The translations under genes and the position numbers were made by a program. From the human T2T-CHM13v2.0 reference genome, Homo sapiens, in NCBI RefSeq assembly GCF_009914755.1, contig NC_060938.1: 64,000 nucleotides of DNA. One strand, 5' to 3'. Below are positions 39,094 to 54,819 of this stretch, in pieces (the first letter of the stretch is position 1; each line of letters starts with the position of its first letter). The notes under the pieces were generated by a model. The model did no database searches and had not been told where the DNA came from. It was given only the letters and a program-made list of their open reading frames with translations.

Positions 39094-41187
39094 CTAGAAC
39101 TTATTTCAAGAGGACTGGGGGAAAAAAATGGAGAAACACATGTAAATGACTTGAAAAAAAAGCAAAGCAACCCAGTTGCCCTAAGAATGCTACAAATAAA
39201 TTATTTCAGGGATTTTAACAAGAAAAGGATCAGCCCCGGTTGGAGAAATTGTCAAAGTCTTCATGAAGGAGGTGGCATTTGTATTAAGGGTATGAAGGCC
39301 AGTTAGCTTAGCCAAGACCTGATCAATATCACAGACTAATCTCCATGCTTCAAGTAGGACTCACACTCTGCCTATAGACTCTCTATCTTTTATTTACATA
39401 AAAGATTTTAGGTCCTTTTGGTTTGTCTAAGAAGGTGTCTTGATAAAAAGTAATGATTTCCAGACTTCTATTACTAAGCTAGATGACATTCATGGCTTTT
39501 GCCACAGCTAATCTATCATTCATGTTATTGTCTCATTATTGTTCCCTTTAATGGAATCACTTTTTTACTTCAGTTTTTTGTACACACACTATATTACATT
39601 TTTAAAGGGGCAGCAGTCTCCCTTGTCATCAATTAGAGATGAGGGTAAAATAAAGACAATGAGAATAGAACATTGGTATGAAATTCTAACTAGAAGCTGT
39701 TTCCTGCTGAGGCTTGAGGGTATGCCTTACCATCTCTGTTAAGAAGGGAGACTCCAAGTCTGCATTATAAAGATGTTAAAGACACACATGCATCTGAGTC
39801 TCAACTTGAAGCTTCCTCTTGAAGCATCTGAAATGAAGTTGAAAAGGATAGACTGGTTCTCATAATGGGATTTGGTGTTATCTGATGCCATTGCCATGAA
39901 TTGCCTAAAATCATCTCGGGTCCCATCTGCGTAGGCCTGTGCACTTGGGGAAGCTTTATTAGGAAGGAAAGTGCTCTGGGCCCAAATTCAGACACCTGCT
40001 TCTACTGCCAGGTCAGCCACCCGATGTCTGTCAGCAAATCATTAAACCACTGAGACGTCATTTCCACTTTTCCACAATGAGAATTATAAAACACATTATA
40101 CTGATTTCCATGGAGTCATCTATCCATTACATTGCAAATACACATTGTGAACCTACTATGTGATAAGCCCTTTCCTTGGCTCTGGGCTGTTGTGAAGAGG
40201 AGATGAGATGAGCTATTGGATGTGAAAGCACACGGGGAATGGATAAGCAGCCATTATCATTAGCACGACAATAAGCTTTGAAAATGTGTCTTTCCTCTCC
40301 TGGTAATATTCCCAGATGACCCACATCATGCCTGGAGAGGAACTTTCCTAGGCCAGAAGTCTAGAAAAGCTGGAAGTAGACCCTCTGTCCATCCCCTGGA
40401 GCTTGGCCTCTGAAGTCCCTGAGTGTCTTTAATGTGCTGGTGTTTACATTAGGGCAGGTATGGTGACTTTAAATCTGTGCCCGTTGCAATTAAAATGCTT
40501 GTGAGATAAGATCAGAAGCTGAAGAGAACAGCTGAAGGGCAGTCAAAATATTTTAATAATGTAACCATGCTTCAAATTTTAATTTGGTTTTACATTGCCT
40601 GCCTTATTATCTGAATGGGACAAATGAAAATGCAGTAAACTTCAGAGGTCTGATTAGCTCGAGCCTTCAAATCCTTAATGATAGGGAGGGTGAGGCTGGT
40701 GCTTCTCAGCACTTCTAATATGAGCACACCCTAGATGTAAGGGTCTGGCCTCAACTCTGACCCTAATCATGTGCCCTTAAGTAAGTCACTCCCTTCACTC
40801 AGCTGGTTTCCTCTTCTGTCAGCTGTGGAGAGGACCCCCTGGCCTGCATGTGTGTCTGTATGCTTCAGTGAGCCAGTCTCACTCCTGGACATCGTCCACA
40901 CAGGACAATCCAAGCCCAGCTTTCCAAGTATCCCAGATTCTTGCCCTAATTCCTCTTTCTAACAGAATATTCTTCTCCTTTTTCAGGCAGTTTTTAAAAA
41001 GAAAGACTTCACTGAGGCCTGAACATATGTATGCTGAGTTGTTCCTTTCTATTCTACATTCTTGTCCATACAGTTTCAAAATTCTTTTTCTCTGCAGCCT
41101 TTTCAAATGTCAACTGGAATTGACTTTGCATCTCTTCTTTCTACTGCAAATTCTGTCACGTTCATCTGGTACTCAACACTAGCTACC

Positions 41188-41565
41188 TGTGAGACAGTGG
41201 TCAGCTGTTCACCATTTCCTCTTCTTCATGCGCATGTGGACAGATGATATTTTGTAGACCTCTTTGCAGGTATGTGAGGCTATGAGTGAGTTCTAGCTAA
41301 GAGGATGCTAACAGAAGTGACGTATACCTCTTCCAGACCTGGTCCAGGGAAACCTCCCTGGCAACATCCTCCTTGCTGTCTCTCCACTTCTGGCTTAATG
41401 CAGGTATACCTGGCAATCTTGGAGACCATGTTTTCAAGATGATGAGGTTATGAGATGGGAGTCAAAAGCCTGAATCCTCCCTTGGAGTAGAGCTGTTTTT
41501 CAGTTGGAGTATCGGCATTGCGCTTTCCAAGAGTAAAAATTCCACCTTCATCCTGACTGAGCTGT
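41188..41565 (+). mobile_element. MLT1J-type MaLR LTR
   Basis: GAGTTCTAGCTAA ... CAGAAGTGACGTATACCTCTTCCAGACCTGG ... CCTGAATC ... CTTGGAG. Confidence 0.6.
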
Positions 41566-42591
41566 CATATACTCCAGAGCATGTATGTTCCAGCAGCTAG
41601 GATGCCTCGTGCACCACTAATGAAGTGAGCTTTTCTGGGGCAGAGGCCCTGCTGAAAGGACTTCCTCCACTGGTGCTGTGTGTAATCATTCCTGCTGAGA
41701 TACGGATTTGGAGGAGGGTTTGATAAACCGAAGAGCGTAAACTCACTATTTCATTGTCACGTTGTGACAAATGCATACCTTCTACACTAAAAGCTAGATC
41801 TGAAGCCACAAAATTAGAATTCCATTTCATATTTCTCAATATAGAATACATGGTTAATCCATGGATCCATGTGGTAAAGAAATCAGAGTGGAGAGTAAAT
41901 ATTTTCTATCATAAAGTACCGAATAAGCATATTTATATCTTAATTTTGTGGATGATTGAAATGCATTTTCTCGCCTATGTGTCTCTCTTTTTTAATTTCT
42001 TCATTAATTTAATACATATATTCTGAGCACCTACTATGTGCTACACAGTGTTTAGGGCTCTGGAGAGATACCATTTAAGCAAAAGTCTTCACTCACATAG
42101 GGCTTACATTCCGTAGCACACAATGAAAACCAAACACGTAAAAATGCTAATGTAATCAGCTAAATGCTGATACACTCTCTGAAGAAAGCCTAAGGAGGCA
42201 GCAGCTTCATGGAGAAGGCAGCATTGGAGCAGTCCCCCGGAAGAAATAAAGGGCCTGAGCCATATGGGCTTCCAGGGGAAGAGTATTCCAGGCAGGAATC
42301 ACAGCAGGTGCAAAGGCCCTGTGGTGAGAGCATGCACAGCATGTTTAAGTAGGAGTAAGAAGGTCAGTGTCATGCAGCAGATTGAGTGAGGCGGTAGCAT
42401 GATGGGAAGTTGGGAGATCAGGTTGGATTAATAAATGGGCAAGAGCAGCAGATGATGCAGTCACTTGCCACTGAATGGACCTTGTCTTTTACTCCAAGTG
42501 AGAAAGAAAACTGCTGAACAGGTTTGAGCGGAGGACTAACATGTGCATATGTTACAACCACCTCCCCATGGTTGCTATGATGAGAATAGAT

Positions 42592-42799
42592 GCTGGAGCA
42601 ATAAAACTCTCTTCAATAATGTAAATGTTTTATATCTGTCCTGTCCTATAATGTTGCCACTAGCCCCAGGTGGCCAATGACCACTTGCAATGTGGTGAGT
42701 GCAACTGAACAGTTGAATGCTTAATTTCCTTTAATTTAAATTAAACTGAAATATATACAACTCTATGTACCTAGCAGCTATGATATTGGACCATACAGC
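42592..42799 (+). mobile_element. MER3 (hAT-Charlie MITE)
   Basis: AAATGTTTTATATCTG ... GCCACTAGCC ... CACTTGCAATGTGG ... ATATTGGAC. Confidence 0.75.
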
Positions 42800-43244
42800 C
42801 TTAGAGGGAGAGAGGCTGATGATGTGACCAGTTGGGCTATGAAAATATAAGTGAGAAATGAGGTTTACCTGGATTCGCGGGAGGGAGCTGAGGATGTGGT
42901 GAGAAGTCACCATATTTCAGATGCATTTTGACAGCACAGCAAAAAGGATTCTGAACAGAGAAGAGAGAAAGGATTCCTGTGAGATTTCTAGCCCAGTGGT
43001 AGGAGGGATAGAATTGCGATTTTCTGAGCTAGGGAAGATGAGGGAAGGAGTAGTTTGGCTGAGAGAAGATAGATCAGGAATTTGCATCTGAACCTGGTAT
43101 ATTTGGGCTTCCTGGTGAGCATGGCATGGAGCTGTCAATAAGTCAGTTGCAGGTACCTATCTATAGAGTTAAATGGGAAGGTCCTCGCTGCAGAAGTAAG
43201 AGTTTCAAAACTGATATTTAAAGACACAAGACTAGACACAAGAC

Positions 43245-43410
43245 TAGGACAAATGCCTAATGCATGCAGAGCTTAAAACCTAGATGATGGGTTGATAGGT
43301 GCAGCAAACCACCATGGCACATGTATACCTATGTAACAAACCTGCACGTTCTACACATGTATCCCATAACTTAAAGTAAAATTTTAAAAAATTAAAAAAA
43401 ATTAAAAATG
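43245..43410 (+). mobile_element. 5'-truncated primate L1 (L1PA7-like) 3' end
   Basis: CCTAATGCATGC ... GGGTTGATAGGTGCAGCAAACCACCATGGCACATGTATACCTATGTAACAAACCTGCACG; A-rich tail; TSD AAGACACAAGACTAG at 43221-43235 and 43411-43425. Confidence 0.9.
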
Positions 43411-44571
43411 AAGACACAAGACTAGATGAATCCACCTAGGGAATGGGAGTGTAAAGAAAATAGAAGTGTTTGGCAACTGAGTTCTATGGCACGCCCATGT
43501 CTAGAGATCTGGGTGATGCAGAGCATTGAGTAAATGAGGATGAAGTAGACATCCAGAAGGTGAGAACAGGCAGCAGGTCATCGTGCTGTTGAGCCTCATT
43601 GGGGAAAGCCATGAGCTGGCCACTGATGTCATAACAAGGCTCATCCAGTAATTCTGGGGAGAACTGTATGGGCAGGATGGTGGAATGAAAGCTTGACTGG
43701 ATAGAATGTCAAGAAGAGAATAGAGGACAGCAAAGGGGACAGCAGTGGTCAGCAAGTGCAAGGACTATTGCTGTAAATGGGACAGAGAGAAGCAGGAGGG
43801 TGTGTCTGTAAGCATGAATGGCCTGCTCTGCTCCTCCAGTACTGGGCTGGGTGCCAGGGTCAATTCTAGATAGATAAATCAACCCTTCCTTCTTTCGTTC
43901 TTGCTTTTCCTCACTCCTTTCTTTCCTGGCCCTTGAGAGAACTAAACAAAGTAGCTTCTTCAGAGGAATCCCCTCCTCTGTGCTGACCTGGCAGGTGACC
44001 TGCACACCCCACTTTGTCCTTGCATGTCACCCCTCTATCCTTTTTCCTTTGACTATGGGCTTCTCATGAGCCGAACCACCCACTCTCATCTCTATGTAGC
44101 AAACTGCAGAGAATATAGTTGGTGCTTATCAAATGTTAGCCAAGGCAATGTTTGTCAAAATGAAAAAGACACAATTCCTTGTCTTTGAGTTGCTCAGGCC
44201 ACATGGGGAAAGGCAGGAGAGGCAGTTTACAAACTGCTAATGGCACCCAGCATGAGAGGGGCTCTGAAGGGAGGGGGGAAAGAATGTACCAGAAGCAGGT
44301 CAGTGAATAACTCTGAGTCAGGGGAGGAAGAAAGTGCTAAATTTCCTAAAAGTGAGCATAGATCCTTCGCCATGCTGAGAAAATCCTCCTGGCTGGGTCA
44401 TTGGGGAAGGTTTGGTGAGCAAGGTGGGGTCTTAACTGGGACCTAGAGAAGTAAGCCCTAATTTCTCTCGGGACCAGTTTCCCTCCAGCCCTTAGCAGGA
44501 CACTCCTATGGTCCTACTGTGCATGACTGGCACGCAGCTCACAACCCATGAGGCTCAGCAAATAACTCAGC

Positions 44572-44726
44572 CAGGACTGGTGTCATGGGCCTGTGACCCG
44601 TGCAGTCACACCGGACCCCATGGTTTGATGCTCTGTGGTCACCAGGGTGACATTATTCACACTTTGTGAACAAGGGGTCCTAAAATTCCTCTTGAGCTAG
44701 TCCCTCCAGGTATATACCCAGTTCTG
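44572..44726 (+). mobile_element. MER91A (hAT-Tip100)
   Basis: CATGGGCCTGTGACCCGTGCAGTCACAC ... TGGTTTGATGCTCTG ... TGAACAAGGGG. Confidence 0.75.
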
Positions 44727-44996
44727 TGGGTCTTTAATCTATTCACTGAGATGAGTCCATGGAGATGCACCTGGATATCTGTGCCATGTGAAGTAGCTAT
44801 AAAAATTTCTAAATGGTTACTCTTAATTTCTGCACTTTTCTCTTCATGAATTAGTAGCTTTTGCACAGGTATGCAGGACTGAAGACCACATGTAGAGTAT
44901 GTTGCCCTGAAAGATAGTTGTGAATTGGGAAGGACAGCTCTACCAGGCTGAGGGGACAGGGCTTATCCGCTCAGACAATTTAGTCATATATAAAAA

Positions 44997-45006
44997 TGTG
45001 TGTGTA

Positions 45007-45044
<38 letters not shown>

Positions 45045-45055
45045 TGAGAGAGAGA
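44997..45055 (+). repeat. (TG)n(GA)n compound microsatellite
   Basis: directly visible. Confidence 0.95.
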
Positions 45056-46385
45056 TGAAAATAGAGAGAGCCAGAGAAACTTCCTTGTGCCTTGGTCAAG
45101 GAAACAATGAATGTAAGGTCTCTATGTTATTCTTAAGAGGAAAAGGGACGCATCTTCTTTGTGATGCTCAGGGGACCAGCATAATGCCATTTCTAACAAT
45201 AAATGCATCTCCGTGCCAGTTCATAAACTTTTCCATACCCATTACAATAATCTTTATAATCCTTCCAGCAATGTGTATGAAACATGAGTAAACCTCGGGC
45301 CCATTTTCCTGGTAAGAAAACTGAATCCCATAAGGTTTACTGAGTTGACCCAGGTCACCGGAAGCCAGGCCCTGCGATTCCAGTGCCTAGGACTCAGTCT
45401 CTATTTGTTGAGTGAATAGATATTCCAAATGTGAGAATGATTTTTTTTCTCTCCATTTCTTTCTGTGAGTGAGCAAGCTTTCATTTTAGCAGGAGCCAGA
45501 AAGGTGAATGGTTTTGTGGAATTCTTTCTATAAAGAATTTATGAAGATGAAGGCTCTGAGGACCAGGCCTGTGTTTGCTGGAGTCGGGAGCACAGGGATG
45601 CATGGCCAGCCCTTCTTGCCAGCTCGCTGTATATTTACCTGAATCTGAGCTCCAGCTAAAACCCTTGTGCTTGGAGACAGAGTAAAGGGTTTTCTCCTTC
45701 TCCGCCTTTAATGTCACGCTCCCTTTAAGCAAGTGCAGCTGCACAAAGTTAGACCCTCCTGGTACTGTCTTCTGAAGTCCAAGGCTGGTGCAGGATTCTG
45801 AGTTTCAACATGGAGTTTATTTCTGCTTAAAGGCAACCCTCAAACCCAGTCATTTATAGGACAAAATGCACTCTGAGACTTGTTGCTTTAAATAAACCTG
45901 TTTAACCAACCAATGTTGCTCCTGCCACAGACATTTTGCATAGGAATTGTAGTGCCAAGGGGGAGTTTAATTAAAAGCTAACAATTTCCAGGCCTGGAGT
46001 TGGCATGTGGAGCCCCCTCTGAGTCTGGAGGTGAGAATCCTACTGTCGGCTTGTGTGCAAAGCGCGTGCGGCAGAGGCTCAGGCAGAAAGGTGGTCCTTT
46101 GAACTGGTGCCCGGAGGGCTGGATGCTGCCCTGCTCTTGGGGCAGAAGGCTCCTCTGGCTTTGAAGAGTTGCTCACCATGTTAGTGAAAGGTTCTTCGTT
46201 TTCAGAACAAACTTTATTGGGTGATGCTGTGTGTGCCAGGGAAAGGTGTGAGAGGTGGGGACAAAAAACACAGAGATTATGGCATTCATTTATTCACTCC
46301 TTTATTTCTTCAACATATATTCAGCCATGACCATGTCAGCAGCCTTGCACTCAGAGCATCTCACCACTGGTTACCTGTGCACTGT

Positions 46386-46732
46386 CATTATGGTTTGAAT
46401 TGTGCTTTCTGAAAGATCTCGAGGTCCTAACCCCCAGTACTGGTGAATGAATGTGACCTTCTTTGGAAATAGGGTCTTTGAAGATAATCAGGTTAAGGTG
46501 AGGCCCTTAGGATGGGTCCTAATCCAACATGGCTGGAGTCCTTCTAAAGAGACACAGAGATACACACACAAAAAATTGAATATCATGTGAATTGAACATG
46601 AAGGTAGAGATCAGGGTGATGCTTCTACAAGCCAAGGAATGCCAAAGACAGCCAGCCAACCCACAAACACCAAACAGGTTCCAGCAGCCTCAGAAGAAGC
46701 CAATTCAGAAGGAGGCTGATCTTTGATCTCAG
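46386..46732 (+). mobile_element. MLT1B/C MaLR LTR, 3'-truncated
   Basis: GTCCTAACCCCCAGTAC ... ATGTGACCTTCTTTGGAAATAGGGTCTTTG ... CTACAAGCCAAGGAATGCCAAAGA. Confidence 0.75.
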
Positions 46733-47118
46733 GTAGAGGGGAATAAAAGCATCTCACAGTGCTCACAGAGGCACAATCTCAGCCTCTCTAATCTGGCCCA
46801 CCCTCCATAGATTTTTTTTTCCCAGCAGCCCTTTCCAAGTCATGGGTTACCAGCCCTATGAATTCCATTAAAGTCACTAATTTTAAGCTCCCTAAGTCCA
46901 AAATGTGCTCTCACTTAAAAGGCAGAACAAGAGTAATAATACCTGTGAACGCACCTTGGCTAAAAGGCAACATTAGGATTTGTACAGAAAAGAGCACATA
47001 TTTGTCTTGTCTTCTAGCTGATATGTTACCTAAAGACAGTGAAGTGTATTTATATTTGTTGTGCCCAAATCTGGAAAATTGTATAAAAGGATATTAGTAC
47101 AATGTTAGTTGTGCTAAG

Positions 47119-48038
47119 TGACAACTAAAATTAAAATTAATTATAAGCCCCCCCAACACCCCCCCAACTTACTGAATGGGCTCCCTCTTGGCCAAGGGAA
47201 TCCCAAAGGAACCTTAAAAACTAAGTTCCAGCCATGGCAGGAGGGGAGATCAGACATGCCTCATTATACCCACTCTTGCCATTTAGGCACAACTAATGAC
47301 CAGTATTAATGTTAAAATAGAGACCATAACCCTGACAGAATGGACTCTTTGTGGCAAAAAGGCACCAAATTAGAAACAAGACTGAAGGCCATGCCAGGCA
47401 AGCGTTGAGTCACATACCCCTATGCTTAAAGAATAAACTATGTTCTAATGGCCACAAATGTTTCTTTTTCTTTAGCAGCTAAACAAGTACTGGACTCGAG
47501 ATAAGCAATATTAAAACAATGGCGTCCTTCCACCTCCAGACATGAACTGACCCCCTGTTCCACAACCCAGCTTTGATTGGACAAAGAGACTGATTTTGAT
47601 AACTTTCTCCGGATAAGAGACCACCCACCATGGACTGGTTCTGGTCAGTTACAGAGGGTGTGCACTAAGCATCCTTATGTCTCTCCTTCACTTTTTGACA
47701 TACAGTGCCTAATTTCAATGAATTTAAATGTTAAGCCTCCACACCAAAGTCAACATGAGGTGAATGTAATATGCATGCTTGCTCAGTACACATGCATCAG
47801 GACTCCCTTCACGAATATTCATAGCTCCTCCCATTACCTGTTGCATATGTATGTTTATCCAACCTATTCAGCATAAAGCTCCTTCTACAATCCCTCCTCC
47901 TTCTAAGTGCCTGATAACAGTCTCTGCCAGAGGCTATGCTTTTCATCCTGTCAGAATAGCCACCTTGAACGTTACAAGCTTTTATAAGAAATAAAGTCTC
48001 CTTGCTAAATTTATATTTGTTTGGCTTTTCAAGTGAAC
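47119..48038 (+). mobile_element. ERV1 solo LTR of the MER4 group (MER49-like)
   Basis: TAAGCCCCCCCAAC ... CTCTTGGCCAAGGG ... CAGACATGCCTCATTATACCC ... GAAATAAAGTCTCC; about 920 bp. Confidence 0.75.
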
Positions 48039-48382
48039 GTGTCCAAGGTTAAACAGCAATTTCAGGATAGAGCCAAGTGTAGGGTCTATGTCCTCTACAT
48101 GCTGGTGGGCCACTTCTCCAACCTGCAGCACCATCTGATCTGTGTTCAGAATTACAGTAATATCAGAGATGTTTCCTAGAATTCACTGCTGGAAGGAGAT
48201 GAAGGAGGAAGAAAGCCAGGCACTGCTCTTAACTTTGACAAATAGTAGTTTTACACCCAGGAAGGGTCATTTATTTTAGAACCTTCATTTCCACAACTGG
48301 GAGGCAATTCCATGGTCTTGGACATTCCAAAGCTTTCTCCAAATATCTTGAAGTTCCCAAGGCTTTGTTCCTTGTGCTCTGA

Positions 48383-48744
<362 letters not shown>

Positions 48745-48964
48745 TCCAGATGCACATTTCAACCTCACAATATGTCTCGAAACCAACCACTCCTTACTGC
48801 CTTCATTGCTAACATGTTCATCCAGGGGTACCATAACTCCTGCCTTGACTATTGCAATAGGCTCCATCTAAGTAGTCCCCCTTCTTCCATGTCAGCCTGG
48901 TCTGATCATCACAGAGCACCTAAAGTGACAGTGTACTAGTTTAAGTCAGGTCACACTCAAACTC

Positions 48965-49364
48965 TCCATCTTTGTTTGTGCCACTGTAATGAAATAGCAC
49001 AGACTGGGAAATTTATAAAGAACAGAAATTATTTCTCACAGTTCTAGAGGCTGGGAAGTCCAAGATCAACCTACTGGCAAGTTCAGAGTCTGGTGGGGGC
49101 TGCTCTCTGCTTCCAAGATGGTGCCTTGAATGCTGTATCCTCCAGATGGGAGGAATGCTGTGCCCTCACTTGGCAGAAGGTGGAGGGGACAATAAGAATC
49201 AAACATTCTCTGTGAAGCCCTTTTATAACAGTATTAATTCATTTATGAGGGTGGAGCCCTCATGAGCTAAACACTTCTCAAAAAGCCCCACCTCCCAATA
49301 CTGTTGCATTAGGGATTAAGTTTCCAACAACTGAGTTTTGGGGAGCACATTCCCAAACATAGCA
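48965..49364 (-). mobile_element. MLT1A-type MaLR LTR inside an L2
   Basis: TTTCTCACAGTTCTAGAGGCTGGGAAGTCCAAGATCAA ... CTGCTTCCAAGATGGTGCC ... CATAGCA. Confidence 0.8.
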
Positions 49365-50306
49365 CCCTCTAAGAGCTTCCCAATTCACTCACCTTAGAAT
49401 GAACCTGGAGAGCTGACAGCATCTAACTTGTTTCTTCCTCTCTGACTGTGTTTCTCCCTTTCTCATTCTGCTTCAACCACATTGACTTCCATGAAGTTTC
49501 TCAAACACTCAAGCACGTTTCTCCCCAGGGTTTTGGCTTTTTTGTTGTCCCTGTATGGAATGTTCTTACCTCAATAACCAAGAGTTCCTTTCTTTTCTTC
49601 TTTAGAGTGCCCACACAAATGCCACTTAACTGGGGAGGCCACCCTCCACTAAAGGATACCAAACAGCAGCCCCTCCCCAATGCTCTTGTCTCTCTTGCTT
49701 TACTTTGTTTTTTTATATATACTGTAAATTCATTTATTTACTCCCTTCTTTCCCTCATAAGAATGTGAGCTCCTTGAAGGCAAGGACTTTGCTTTACTTT
49801 ATCAACAAAACTCTGTATTGGTTCCTCACACAGTAGTATTTTGTGATTAGTTTACATGAGACCTCAGTTAGCCAGGCTATTTTATTATCCAGAAAAATAT
49901 CTGTTGAGCCAGACTAGATATTCATGGTTACACTTAGTGTTAGGAATACTCTCCAAGGACAGGTACATTCAGCCTTGGATCTGTCTTAATTTCTATGTTT
50001 AAAAGGTTGAGATCACCATCAGCTGCAGGGGCATGGTTGGTTTGCATTCATTATCAGACTATTGGTCAGTGGGTTTAGCTGTCCACGGATTATTGGTCTG
50101 GAGCCTCTAAGGCCCAGCTGGGACCCAGTCAGACTTAATCGGCCCTGCCCTTACGGAACCTTCAAAGATCACTTCTTTTTCTATTTTAGCATTTATCTTA
50201 ATCAAGTTTTTACCGTATTTGTTATAAAAATAACTAACTATAGTCAAATATGCTTATGTGCCAGAAATTTGCAAAGCATTTTATATGCATTTATTTTTAA
50301 AAAATA

Positions 50307-51755
<1,449 letters not shown>

Positions 51756-52566
51756 TTCACTAACCAAGTGTCCAGGCACTGAACACACATCTGTCAACAG
51801 ACTCCTGAATGACAATTTCTCATTTGTTTCTTCCAATGATATCTTGCTTTCTATCACCCGTATTTTATAGATGAGAACACTGATGTTCCAAGAGGCTAAA
51901 TAAATTGCCCAGCCTCACACAGTTGAGACTTGAAGCCCTCTCTGCCTATTTGATGTCTTCTCTACATATTGCTCTGCACGTCTTCCTCCTGTACGATGAT
52001 GTCTCTCTGCAGCCAGTGATGATGCTTAGACCATGCTGCACCCTCAGCTGGTTAACTAGCTGAATTTCCAAAATGAGAAAAAAAGAGCCCTGGGAAGAGA
52101 GGAGGGGAATGGGTTCATAACCACTTTCACTAAGAAAGGAAGGTAGGAGAAGGCAAAAACGTTATCAAGAATAGGAGTTAGAAAACATTAAAATGAAAAC
52201 TCTCTCTACCCTGGTCACCTGTGTGACCCTGTGCTCATGATGAAACAGGAATTACAGGAAAAAAAAAAATCTCACCCACTGCAAGAGCTAAAATATAGCA
52301 CTGGGGTTGATTCCAGAAAACAGCTGCTTGAATAAACTCTGTGGATGTACTGCAGGAACCTTCTGTCTGTATCTAATTTCCACACCCTTGTGGATTTCTA
52401 GCCAGTCTAAGTTGGCAGCCCAGAAATCCAAGTTTTGCTGTGTGCCTGCTATTTAATACCTAGTCTGTTCCCAGCTGTGTTCTTCAGACCTGCAAAAACT
52501 GAGCAAAATTTCAAAGACGTAGACCAGGAAAAAAACCTACATCTAGCCCTGCCATGTCTTGGGCAC

Positions 52567-52917
52567 TGTGATAGTTTGTTTTGTGCTGCTATAAGAGAAC
52601 ACCTGAGACTGTTTATGTTATGAACAGAAACTTGTGGGCTCATGGTTTTGGAGGCTTAGAAATCCAGATTGTGGAGCTGGCCTTCGGTGAGGGCCTTCTT
52701 GCTGCATCATAGCATGGTGGGAGATGAGAGCTTGAGAAAAAGAGACAGAGCAGGAGGGGGAGAATCACTCACTTCCTCAAAAAGGACATTAGTCCTTTCA
52801 TGATGATGGAACCTCAGGGTCTAAACACCTCTGAAAGATCCCACCTCTCAATACCATTACGATGGCAATTCCATTTGAACATAAGTTTTAAAATGGACAA
52901 GGACTGAAACCATAGCA
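52567..52917 (-). mobile_element. MSTD-type MaLR solo LTR
   Basis: GGTGAGGGCCTTCTTGCTGCATCAT ... CCCACCTCTCAATAC ... AAACCATAGCA; perfect 5-bp TSD GGCAC. Confidence 0.8.
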
Positions 52918-52998
52918 GGCACATGCATGTTGGAGCAATGGAATAAGAACTAGAGGACTGGGTTTAATCCATAGTTCTACTATCTACAAACTACCTGA

Positions 52999-53412
52999 CT
53001 CTATTATTCTGTTCTTGTATTGCTGCAAGGAAATACCCAAGACTAGGTAATTTATAAGAGGCTTCATTGGCTCAAGGTTCTTCAGGCTGTACAGGAAGCA
53101 TAATGCTGACATCTGCTTCTGGCGAGACCTCAGGAACTCCCAATCATGGTGGAAGGTAGAGGGAGAGCAGGCATGTCACATGGCAAAAGCAGAAGCAAGA
53201 GGGGAAGGGGGGTGGTGCTACACACTTTTAAACAACCCGATCTCAGGAGAACTCACTCATTATCTTGAGAACAGTACTAAAAGGATGGAACTAAGCCATT
53301 AATGAGAAATATGCCCCCATGATCCAGTCACCGCCCACCAGGCCCCACCTCCAATACTGGGGATTACATTTCAATGTGAGATTTGGGCAGGGACATACAT
53401 TCAAACTATATT
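52999..53412 (-). mobile_element. MSTB/MSTA MaLR solo LTR inside a MIR
   Basis: CAGGCTGTACAGGAAGCAT ... CCCCCATGATCCAGTCACC ... GGCCCCACCTCCAATACTGGGGATTACA. Confidence 0.85.
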
Positions 53413-53674
53413 TGTGACCTTGTGCAATTGACATCTTCCCTGGGCCTTAACTCCTTAATTTCCTAAAGGAACAATTCTATTACTCAGGACTTCCGTAAGG
53501 GCAAAATGAGGTAATGTGCGTCAAAGTCCATTTTGAAACCTCCAGGAAATTTCTCCTGCAAATATAGCTAACCGCTGTTCTCGGCTTCTTGTTTATCTTG
53601 TACATTTCTCAGGACTGTATTTCTGCACATACCACACTGCTTTATAAAGGCCAAGAGATAGATGACCAAGATCA

Positions 53675-54095
<421 letters not shown>

Positions 54096-54819
54096 AGTGA
54101 TTGGCAAAAGTCAAGAACCCAGGAGAATAATTCCCTCTTCCTGAAACAGTCATAAAAGGTGTTTCAGACCTAAAGGAAGGGATACACGAGCTCCAAGGGC
54201 CTCGAGGGTTTAGTTATAGATGCCAGGCTGAGAAACAAACAAAAAGGGGCTGCTGAGATCACAAACAAACAAAAAGGTGGAGCATGATAATTTTTCTCAA
54301 GGAGCTGCATTTGAGTTAAGTCTGGAAGGATGAAGAAACTTTGCATTAGGAAGCAAAACACTGCATTTCTAACTGAAGAGTGAGAGTAAATTGTTGGAAG
54401 AGGATCCAAGAGGGATTCAGGGTCCAGATCAGACAGGGTTAAAGGACATGCTGAATAGCTTGGATTTCTTTTCTACAGAGGATCTGTTCTTATTGGAGGG
54501 AAGTGAAGGGTGGTAATCTGTGCTTCATGAGGACAACGTGGGCTCATTGTAGAAGGAATAGAGCTTTGAGATAGCCACGTCAGGCAGAACAGTGATGACG
54601 TTTGACCCTATTGCATATCCAGAAGTAAGTAAATGACTTCCCTGTGTGCAGATTTATACAAGATGGCTCTTTACCTGCTTTATTTATGTATGTAATTTGC
54701 TCAGCACGGTACAATCTGGCTCTAATTGTCAGTGTGGCAGAAACTTTGGGCAGCCTACCCCAAACCATCCTTACTTTTGCATTGCTGCGCTGACCATGTA
54801 GATAGTTCTGGCCTGTGAC

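Larger units (their letters stand above)
41995..43810 (-). mobile_element. L2 LINE, long fragment interrupted by MER3 and L1PA
   Basis: TGAGCACCTACTATGTGC tail; AGTATTCCAGGCAG ... TGCAAAGGCCCTGTGG; TTTTGACAG ... GGATTC. Confidence 0.75.

Noticed and set aside
45600-46150. Mild CpG cluster (GCGCGTGCGG) as a promoter
   Set aside because: Too few CpGs and no core-promoter arrangement visible.
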